The notes under the pieces are model-generated. The model made no database searches. It saw only the letters and a list, made by a program, of their open reading frames with translations, and was not told the origin of the DNA. This document shows, in pieces, positions 57,025 through 64,000 of a stretch of 64,000 nt of DNA. Where the stretch lies: contig JACQID010000004.1 of assembly GCA_016198685.1 (NCBI GenBank), positions 96,001 to 160,000 of the forward strand, written 5' to 3'. Every line of letters starts with the position of its first letter. The first letter of the stretch is position 1. The DNA comes from Candidatus Aenigmatarchaeota archaeon. Lineage in GTDB: Archaea; Aenigmatarchaeota; Aenigmatarchaeia; GW2011-AR5. A program made the position numbers and the translations under genes.

Positions 57025-57872
57025 TGTTTCACTCCGAAAAGATCAAGTATGCGGCTGAGTATGCCTCTTGGGGTAATAGGCGTCTTGACATTAGCCTTGG
57101 CATATTCAAGCAAAGCCGTGAATACATCCTTGCCGGACAGTCTTTCTATGGTTGCAAAAGGAGGAGATAGTGAAAAAGATGCTACCGTGTCGCCGGCAAA
57201 TGTGACAAACCCGTAGGCAGAACCCATTGTTTTTGTTGCCCGTATGGCTGCATCCTTAATGCCGGTTCCTACTCCAGTGCCTCTCATTTTGCCTTTGATT
57301 ATCTCAACCGATGAAACGATATCGTTACCTACAACAAAACATCCGATAATCTTGTCAGAAACCGGCTTCCTTATCGTAATTCCCTGCCCGCTTTTTCTCA
57401 GCCGTATCATGGATTTCATGTGCCTTGCGTCTTCAATAAGTGATGAACGTTCGCCTATGGTAACTCTTATGGGAAACTCAAGTTCCGGAAGTATTTGCTC
57501 TGCTGCGTTTTCGCTTATGGCATAATAAGTTTGAGGCAGCTCAAAACCCGCCTGCTTGAGCTTCATCGCGCCTACAAGCTTCTTTTGGTAGGCTAAGAGC
57601 CCATCAAGCCCATAAGGAATGTAAGTTGATGAGGCTTCAAGTGATGTCACGATCGAGAGAAAAAGATCGCTGTGCCTTGCTGAGGGGAAAGGCAGGACTG
57701 CTTCAAACTTGGCTATGTCATGGTCACCAAAAATAAGCCTTGTTTTGCCTTCCCCGCTTTCTATCCTTATTTCATCTGCAGGCACATATACACATTCCTC
57801 AAAAATGCCCTCTGCCTTCTTGGTGAATGGGGATTCCTCCCTTGAATCCATACCTATGATTGCAATCCTCAT
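57021..57872 (-). CDS. Degenerate RimK-like ATP-grasp protein
   Basis: Collinear with RimK (MRIAIIG, LKQAGFELPQTY, FVVGNDIVSS) but lacks the K..GS.G.G loop, D.R and E.N motifs; overlaps rimK start. Confidence 0.72.
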   Translation of the reverse strand: MRIAIIGMDSREESPFTKKAEGIFEECVYVPADEIRIESGEGKTRLIFGDHDIAKFEAVLPFPSARHSDLFLSIVTSLEASSTYIPYGLDGLLAYQKKLVGAMKLKQAGFELPQTYYAISENAAEQILPELEFPIRVTIGERSSLIEDARHMKSMIRLRKSGQGITIRKPVSDKIIGCFVVGNDIVSSVEIIKGKMRGTGVGTGIKDAAIRATKTMGSAYGFVTFAGDTVASFSLSPPFATIERLSGKDVFTALLEYAKANVKTPITPRGILSRILDLFGVKQ

Positions 57873-57948
57873 GGTAAAACAATCTTGCCGTTTTCTTATA
57901 AAAAGACATCCTGCTGCGAAAAATACTAGATTAAGCGAGGGATGGATA

Positions 57949-58101
57949 TGGGGTCGGGAGGATTTGAACCCCCATTAGCTGGTTTCTTCTAAATCATCGC
58001 CGCTTGCGCGGCTCTTAGCTCCAAAAGAGCCTCTCGGCCTGTCTTTTTACGGAAAGACCGGGACTGGAGCCAGCGATCCTGCCTGGTTAGACTACAACCC
58101 C
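57949..58101 (-). tRNA. tRNA-Trp(CCA) with an 80-nt intron at 37/38 (58063-57984)
   Basis: Acceptor GGGGTTG/CGACCCC-A, anticodon stem GCTGG/CCAGC, loop CTCCAG|A, T-arm GGGGG-TTCAAAT-CCTCC; CCA end not encoded. Confidence 0.92.
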
Positions 58102-58238
58102 TTCTGAAACCCAATATATAGAGTGAAATTTATAAAGCAGGAAATCCGGGCGCTTTATGGACGAAGTATATATAAAGCTTGTTCGAAGGCAAAATGCTTA
58201 AATATGGCATTAGAATCAAGCTAATTGGTGACATGAAA

Positions 58239-58604
58239 ATGGAAACCAAAAAGATAGGAGAGTACGCGTTCCTCGCAGGCATAGCAATCGCTGTGCTCGC
58301 TGGTCTCGTGTCCGGAGTGGCATCGAGTGCCATCGCCGCCTATGCAGCACCTATATCGATGCTGCTGGTCGTGCTTGGAATAGTAGTGGGCCTCCTCAAC
58401 ATATCTGAGAAGGAAACCACAGCGTTCCTCGTGGCTGCCATAGCCCTCGTAACGGCCGGTACAGCAAGCTTTGCTGCTATCGACATGGCCGGCGTAGGCG
58501 CAATTCTTGACAAAGTTGTCGGGAATATAGCAGTGCTGGTAAGCCCGGCTGCCGTAATAGTGGCGGTTAAGGCAATATACAGCCTTGCACAGGGACGAAA
58601 GTAA
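58239..58604 (+). CDS. Small four-TM membrane protein
   Basis: KIGEYAFLAGIAIAV...LGIVVGLLNISEKETTAFLVAAIAL...SPAAVIVAVKAIY; GGTGA SD; T-rich tract after stop. Confidence 0.8.
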   Translation: METKKIGEYAFLAGIAIAVLAGLVSGVASSAIAAYAAPISMLLVVLGIVVGLLNISEKETTAFLVAAIALVTAGTASFAAIDMAGVGAILDKVVGNIAVLVSPAAVIVAVKAIYSLAQGRK

Positions 58605-58611
58605 GACTCAG

Positions 58612-59820
58612 CTATTTTTTGTTTTTATTATTTTTCATTAGATTATGTTCTTCCTGTTTTGACAGTATCAGTACCATCAAAGTCGTATAAACTATGCTCA
58701 GGAAGACAACGCTCATAACTATCTTGGAAAACAGGTCTGCATCAGGAATCGTATATAATATAGGCAATTGTGTCAGAAGTACAGGGATAAAGTCCTTAGG
58801 GACCATGATGCGCATGACATTTTTCTCATAAACGCTCAATTTGGCTCCTATCGTGCTTGCATTAACTGCAAGGAATCTAGCTAATATAACGGCAAGCGCT
58901 ACGGCATGACCTATCAGGAGCGTTTCCTGGTTCAAGGAGACAACCATTCCTATGTAAACGAAGAAGAACGACCTTACAAAGAAGGATATTTCTGACTGGA
59001 AATTCTTGAGTAGATGGTTGACTGTGAATTTTTTCTGGGTTTTCAGTATCTCGGAGAACGTAGAGGCGTTGCCCAGAACTATTCCGAACAATAGGGCGGC
59101 AATGGCCCCGCTTCCGCCGGCGTATTCTGTGAAGGTATACAGAAGCAGAAGCGCCCCTAAAGTAAGCATATAGTCAAACTGCCTGCCTTTTAGGTCATCC
59201 AAAACAAATAACCAGATAATTCCGGCAGCGAGGCCAAGCATTGCCCCTACTGAAAAGACGCTGAGAACGCCGCTCACTGGGTTACTGACCATGCCGCCTG
59301 TCATGATGCTCATGACTGCAAGTGAAAGCACTATGACCATGGGGTCGCTGAATATGGACTCAAAATCTATTATGGCCCGTACATTACCTCTTATCTTAAG
59401 CTTTGTAACAAGCGGCACTACTATCGCCGAGCTGCTGCCGGCAAGAAGGCAGCCGATAAGCAATGAAGGAAGAAATCCTAGACCAAATAGGATGCAGATG
59501 CCTGTTATAGCAGCTATGGAGAAGCCTGCAGTAAGCACGGAAAGCAGCATGCTCCGTGAGAACTGCCTCACCATCTGATAGAAGTTTATGTTGAGACCGG
59601 CATCAAACAATATCATGAACAGCGCAACTGACGCGAGGAAACCTGATATCGAAAAGAAGAATGATGTGTCTATTATTTTGAAGGTTGAGACAAGATAGCC
59701 AAAGAGTATGAGCCAAAGAACATCAGGTATCTTTGTTTTCTCAAAAATTATAGAACCTGCATAGCCAATTATGATTGTCAGTCCCGCAATCACCATCAGC
59801 CCCGGGACATCAAACGCCAT
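58612..59820 (-). CDS. Cation:proton antiporter (CPA1/NhaP-like)
   Basis: IPDVLWLILFG, ILFDAGL, SSSAIVVP, FESIFSDP, FFVRSFFFVYIG. Confidence 0.9.
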   Translation of the reverse strand: MAFDVPGLMVIAGLTIIIGYAGSIIFEKTKIPDVLWLILFGYLVSTFKIIDTSFFFSISGFLASVALFMILFDAGLNINFYQMVRQFSRSMLLSVLTAGFSIAAITGICILFGLGFLPSLLIGCLLAGSSSAIVVPLVTKLKIRGNVRAIIDFESIFSDPMVIVLSLAVMSIMTGGMVSNPVSGVLSVFSVGAMLGLAAGIIWLFVLDDLKGRQFDYMLTLGALLLLYTFTEYAGGSGAIAALLFGIVLGNASTFSEILKTQKKFTVNHLLKNFQSEISFFVRSFFFVYIGMVVSLNQETLLIGHAVALAVILARFLAVNASTIGAKLSVYEKNVMRIMVPKDFIPVLLTQLPILYTIPDADLFSKIVMSVVFLSIVYTTLMVLILSKQEEHNLMKNNKNKK

Positions 59821-59890
59821 GAAGTTAATCTTAACTCAACCGATATATAAACGGCTTGGCACCTTCGCATAGAGTTTCGTTCTTGCTTTT

Positions 59891-60796
59891 CTATATCATC
59901 CCGATCTCTGTGAGGTATTCTTGAACGGCTTTCTGAAGCGTGTATTTTGATTTGAAACCCAGGAGTTTTTGCGCGTTTTCAGTAGATGCCTGGGTGTTAT
60001 TCTGGTATCCGTTCTTGTACGGATTGTCTATGTATTCGGGTTCGAGATCTTTGCCCAACACTTCATTCAAAATAGCAACGACGTCGTTAAAGCTTGTGGC
60101 CTTGCCAGTGCCTACGTTGACTATGCAGCTCTCCTTGGCTTTCATGGCCATCACGTTAGCTTGCACGACGTCTTTAACGTAGATATGATCCCTCATCTGT
60201 TCGCCGTATTTGAAAATTTTAGGCCTCTTGTCTGCGGCCATCTGCAATGCAAGCTGGTATATCATGCTCGCCGCCTTCTTCTTGTAGAGTTCGCGCGGTC
60301 CGAAAACGTTGAAATAGCGCAAGCCTATGATTTTTATTCCGCTGTTCCAGTGCCTTTTTGCAAGATTATCCATGGCAAGTTTTGAAGACCCATAACTGTT
60401 CAAAGGCGAGCTTTGGCCTTCTTTCATCGGCACAGGCCCATTGCCGTAGACGCCCGCGGATGATGCATACACAAGGTTTATGCCTTTTGTAATCGCATAG
60501 TCAAGGACATTGCGGAATCCTTCCACATTGACTGAAAAAACCGTGCCTTGATCTGTTATTGTGGTGTCTGTTATGGCTGCCTGATGAAATATAATATCAG
60601 GCTCTGAAATTTTTGCTATTGTTGCGCTATCACGTATATCGCCATTTATAATGTTGCCGTCAAAGCCTTCAAGATTTTTGTCGTCAGTGGAAGAAAAATT
60701 ATCAAGGACCGATACTTCATTGCCATCCTGCAACGATACGGCAAGGTTGCTTCCGACGAAGCCCGCGCCTCCTGTGACGAGAACTTTCATAATCAT
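59891..60796 (-). CDS. rfaD: ADP-L-glycero-D-manno-heptose 6-epimerase-like SDR
   Basis: TGGAGFVG, IFHQAAITDTT, YASSAGVYG, YGSSK, GLRYFNVFGPRELYKKKAASM. Confidence 0.75.
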   Translation of the reverse strand: MIMKVLVTGGAGFVGSNLAVSLQDGNEVSVLDNFSSTDDKNLEGFDGNIINGDIRDSATIAKISEPDIIFHQAAITDTTITDQGTVFSVNVEGFRNVLDYAITKGINLVYASSAGVYGNGPVPMKEGQSSPLNSYGSSKLAMDNLAKRHWNSGIKIIGLRYFNVFGPRELYKKKAASMIYQLALQMAADKRPKIFKYGEQMRDHIYVKDVVQANVMAMKAKESCIVNVGTGKATSFNDVVAILNEVLGKDLEPEYIDNPYKNGYQNNTQASTENAQKLLGFKSKYTLQKAVQEYLTEIGMI

Positions 60797-60829
60797 AATT
60801 TCCAGAAAGGCTTATATATTGAGAAGCTC

Positions 60830-61906
60830 CTAGAAATATTCTTTGACTCTTTCGAAGAAACCTTTTTTCGTTTCCGCATTTTTTTCAAAAGCACCGCGTA
60901 TGCCATCCTCCTGTTGTCTTGTGAGCTTCTTGGGTATTTCGACAACGACTCTAACCATTTGGTCACCGCGTTTTGCCGAGCCTGGGGTTGGCATGCCTTC
61001 TCCTTTCATGCGGAATATAGTATGGCTTTGCGTCCCTGGCGGTATAATAAGCTTCGCTTTGCCGTCAATTGTCTGGACATCCACTTCTCCCCCAAGCATG
61101 GCAGTGCCAAGATCAATGTATACTGTGCAGTAAAGATTATTGCCTTCGCGTTCGAAGATACTGTGCTCTTTTACCCGGATGAGAACATACAGGTCGCCGT
61201 ATGGCCCGCCATTCTCGCCTGGTCCGCCTTCGCCTGTGAATCTTATGTACTGGCCATCGTCCGCTCCGGCCGGTATTTCAATTTCCATTTCCTTCTCAAT
61301 CTGGCTGCCACCCGAGCCTCCGCATTCACGGCAAACTTTCTCTGCCATCTTGCCGGTTCCGCGGCACCTCGTGCATGTGGTGACGCTGATGAACTGTCCA
61401 AGAAAACTCCGTTGCACCCTCTTTATTTCGCCTGAACCATGGCACTCATTGCATGTTTTGAGTATGCTTGCGCCTGTGCCTTTGCATGTGCGGCATTCCT
61501 CAAAGTGCGGAAATCTTATCTTTTTTGTGATGCCGTCAAATGCCTGCTCGAGGGTCATTTCAATATCATATCTCAGGTCGCTGCCTTTTCGTTTTTTCTG
61601 CGTCTGACTGAATCCAAATGACTCGAAAATATCCTCAAAGCCTCTGCCAAATATGTCTTCAAATCCCGCTCCTGAAGAAGCCTGTCCGTTCGGAGCTGAC
61701 CCGAACTGGTCGTAATGCTTTCTTTTTTCCGGCTCGCCGAGCGTCTGGAAAGCCTCATTGATTTCCTTGAACCTCGCTTCTGCTCCAGTATTCTTGCTTA
61801 CGTCCGGATGCCATTCGCGAGCGAGCTTCCTGAATGCCTTCTTTATTTCCTCCTGTGTTGCGTTTCTTGAAACGCCGAGTGTTTCATAATAATCCTTGGC
61901 GACCAT
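60830..61906 (-). CDS. dnaJ: Chaperone DnaJ
   Basis: KDYYETLGV, HPD, G/F region, four CxxCxGxG repeats; start set at MVAKDYY. Confidence 0.96.
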   Translation of the reverse strand: MVAKDYYETLGVSRNATQEEIKKAFRKLAREWHPDVSKNTGAEARFKEINEAFQTLGEPEKRKHYDQFGSAPNGQASSGAGFEDIFGRGFEDIFESFGFSQTQKKRKGSDLRYDIEMTLEQAFDGITKKIRFPHFEECRTCKGTGASILKTCNECHGSGEIKRVQRSFLGQFISVTTCTRCRGTGKMAEKVCRECGGSGGSQIEKEMEIEIPAGADDGQYIRFTGEGGPGENGGPYGDLYVLIRVKEHSIFEREGNNLYCTVYIDLGTAMLGGEVDVQTIDGKAKLIIPPGTQSHTIFRMKGEGMPTPGSAKRGDQMVRVVVEIPKKLTRQQEDGIRGAFEKNAETKKGFFERVKEYF

Positions 61907-62013
61907 AGCAATTGTTATTTTATACCGAAATGGCTTAATTAGTAACAGAATGCCCTGTAAAGGCTTGCCACCCATTTATGAAAACTATTAGTGAGATTAA
62001 TGGGATTATACAT

Positions 62014-62556
62014 ATGCGATTCTTCGATTCCTCTTTCGGCGAAATCCTTACGTCACAGATAGCATCTGTCGGAGGCGGCCTCATAGCCGGTACGATTCTT
62101 GCCCTTTATACCGATAAATTGCTCCTGCTTCCAGGAATGCTTGTCCTTATACCGGGATTCTTGGAGATGCGGGGGAACATAAGCGGCTCTTTTTCATCAC
62201 GCCTGACATCCGGTCTCTTTCTGGGCGCAATAAAGCCAAAAAATCTATGGTCAAGCATTGTAAAAGGCAATCTTGTGGCTTCTTTCATTCAGGCTTTATT
62301 CATTTCTCTATCCCTCGGAATTATCGCATTCGTTTTCAATTACCTAATTTTCGGTGTTTCGTCTTTGCAAATAATTGCTATTCCCGTTATTGCCGGCGCC
62401 ATAGCAAATGCAATAGAAATACCGCTTGCACTTTTTGCGACATTCTACTTATTCCGGAAAGGCCATGATCCGAACAACGTCATGGGCCCGCTTATCACGT
62501 CTACGGGCGATGTGATAAGCATAGTCTCGCTTCTTGCAGCCGTGGCGATAATATGA
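62014..62556 (+). CDS. MgtE/SLC41-type divalent cation transporter, membrane domain 1
   Basis: PGFLEMRGNISGSFSSRL, DPNNVMGPLITSTGDV. Confidence 0.85.
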   Translation: MRFFDSSFGEILTSQIASVGGGLIAGTILALYTDKLLLLPGMLVLIPGFLEMRGNISGSFSSRLTSGLFLGAIKPKNLWSSIVKGNLVASFIQALFISLSLGIIAFVFNYLIFGVSSLQIIAIPVIAGAIANAIEIPLALFATFYLFRKGHDPNNVMGPLITSTGDVISIVSLLAAVAII

Positions 62557-63263
62557 TTCTTTCTAAAAAGCGTTTTCTGGCAAGACACCTCCAAAGCCTG
62601 CGGAAAATAAAGAAAGGCCGTACCCATCCGCTTCTGTATCATATTCACAAAAAATATGGCATATCGAAGAAAACGCTCTTCTATATGCAGGAATATGGAC
62701 CCCATTCTAACGTGATGGCAACTATATTAAAGGAGAGCACGAAGATGCTGCTTTTTGCGTCAATATTAAGTTCATTGGGCGGCCTTTCCTTGGAGGCTAT
62801 AAGGCCGCTCTTGCTTTCGGTAATGCCGTTACTGATACTTCTGCCAGCGTTAAGCGATATGATAGGCGATTATGGTATTATATTCTCCTCAAAGCTGGCT
62901 ACAATGCTGCATGAAGGTCGCATAGGCAAAAAGTGGTGGAATAACAGTGATTTGAGAAGATTACTCTGCCAGATTCTGATAATATCCATTCTCACTGCGT
63001 TCATTAGCTCGGTTGCGGCCCTTGCCATATCATGGGCATTCGGTTATGAACTTACATTTCTTCTCGCAACCAAGATAATGGCGATAAGCCTCCTTGATAC
63101 AATCTTCCTGGTGTCCGTTCTCTTCGTAGTAGCGATTACTGCGGGCATTCATTACTTCAGAAAGAAGGAAGACCCGAACAACTTTTTGATACCCATAACG
63201 ACGTCAGTTGCAGACTTTGGTAATATGATAGTTTTATCACTACTCGTGCTCTTTTTCTTCTAG
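62553..63263 (+). CDS. MgtE/SLC41-type divalent cation transporter, membrane domain 2
   Basis: PALSDMIGDYGIIFSSKL, DPNNFLIPITTSVADFG; ATGA overlap with upstream gene. Confidence 0.82.
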   Translation: MILSKKRFLARHLQSLRKIKKGRTHPLLYHIHKKYGISKKTLFYMQEYGPHSNVMATILKESTKMLLFASILSSLGGLSLEAIRPLLLSVMPLLILLPALSDMIGDYGIIFSSKLATMLHEGRIGKKWWNNSDLRRLLCQILIISILTAFISSVAALAISWAFGYELTFLLATKIMAISLLDTIFLVSVLFVVAITAGIHYFRKKEDPNNFLIPITTSVADFGNMIVLSLLVLFFF

Positions 63264-63791
63264 GCTTGTTTCCCTTTGTTCCTTTAGAATCTCAAATAAT
63301 GCGCGGATATGCTTTGTTGAGATATTGCGCTCGGCATTCTGCCAGAAATCCTCGAGATAGGCGCCATGCTTTTTTTCATATTCCAATGCCTGCAAAGTCA
63401 TTTCCAGCTTGTCGATGTCATGCACGAACAGCGATTCAGGCGTTTTCCTTTCCTCGTACTCATGCCATAGATTGATGATTTCCTTATCATCCAGATCCCT
63501 GAGAAGCGTTTCAAACGCTTTCTCTTCTTTTTCATGTTTTTCGTTCTTGGCGATGCCATCTTCCGGCGTTATGTCGCCGACTATGGATTCGGCTAAATCA
63601 TGGACAAGCGCCATTTTCATCGTTCTTTCCTTGTTGACACCGGCCATATCCGCGAGAACGAAAGCGGCCAACGATGCCATGAAGCTGTGTTCAGCGACAG
63701 ACTCGGGATTAGGGACTTTCCTGAGCACCCAACCTGCACGTTTGACCTTCTTTAGCTTGGCTGCGTTTTCCAGAAATTTTATTACATCCAT
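63240..63791 (-). CDS. HD domain 5'-deoxynucleotidase-like hydrolase (YfbR/HDDC2-like)
   Basis: LKKVKRAGW, ESVAEHSF, VHDLAESIVGDITP, DIDKLEM. Confidence 0.9.
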   Translation of the reverse strand: MDVIKFLENAAKLKKVKRAGWVLRKVPNPESVAEHSFMASLAAFVLADMAGVNKERTMKMALVHDLAESIVGDITPEDGIAKNEKHEKEEKAFETLLRDLDDKEIINLWHEYEERKTPESLFVHDIDKLEMTLQALEYEKKHGAYLEDFWQNAERNISTKHIRALFEILKEQRETSLEEKEHE

Positions 63792-63899
63792 TAGTATACG
63801 AATATAGAGAAAGCTTAAACACCAAATTCTGTAACATTGATAATGCAAAAATTCGGCATGTAAGCCGCTCCTTAAGACGATTTCTCTTTAAACTGGAAA

Positions 63900-64000
63900 T
63901 CAGAATTTGACTTTGACATCCTTTCTTTCGTGTTCCGAGGCGACGAAGAGTTCTTCATCCTTGTAGCCAAGCATGTTGGCGAAGAACATGTCAGGGAATG
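63900..64000 (-). CDS. lemA: LemA family protein, C-terminal fragment (runs off window)
   Basis: Hand translation FPDMFFANMLGYKDEELFVASEHERKDVKVKF*, matching the LemA C-terminal pattern. Confidence 0.8.
   Translation of the reverse strand, partial: FPDMFFANMLGYKDEELFVASEHERKDVKVKF

Noticed and set aside
57873-58232. Integrated element at tRNA-Trp
   Set aside because: No integrase and no duplicated tRNA 3' end elsewhere in the window.
25-63807. Numerous antisense and alternate-frame ORFs in the track (e.g. 835-1506, 39284-40108, 34395-35018, 50658-51245)
   Set aside because: They are shadows of well-supported genes on the other strand or frame, with no motifs of their own.

Overview
Gene-dense archaeal chromosome segment. 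Archaeal RNAP subunit L, TFS, exosome, proteasome alpha, Orc1/Cdc6, A-type ATP synthase, GGTGA-type SD motifs and an intron-containing tRNA-Trp support this. The gene content looks DPANN-like (possibly Aenigmatarchaeota), which is inference only. Housekeeping blocks: SBDS-rrp4-rrp41-rrp42, a complete atpH-I-K-E-C-F-A-B-D operon, uvrB-uvrA-uvrC, dnaJ, a DEAD helicase, AlaX and cdc6. No transposase, integrase, cas gene or true CRISPR array was found. Small genes missed by the ORF track were recovered by hand: a 56-aa histone-fold protein, a 57-aa SWIB-like protein, a 10-aa Lys-rich micro-ORF with its own SD, and a LemA 3' end. A probable box C/D sRNA and several structured intergenic elements were also found. 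The best candidate for an undescribed system is 52421-57872. It pairs an intact RimK ATP-grasp ligase with a degenerate RimK paralogue and three paralogous N-formylglutamate-amidohydrolase-fold (Zn-exopeptidase) hydrolases, suggesting a peptide/glutamylation writer-eraser or polymer-turnover module. A recurring theme is enzymes with substituted catalytic residues: two PfkB kinases, two PRTase-fold proteins, the ATP-binding domain of PPDK and the second RimK. All family assignments come from motif recognition by eye; no database searches were run.
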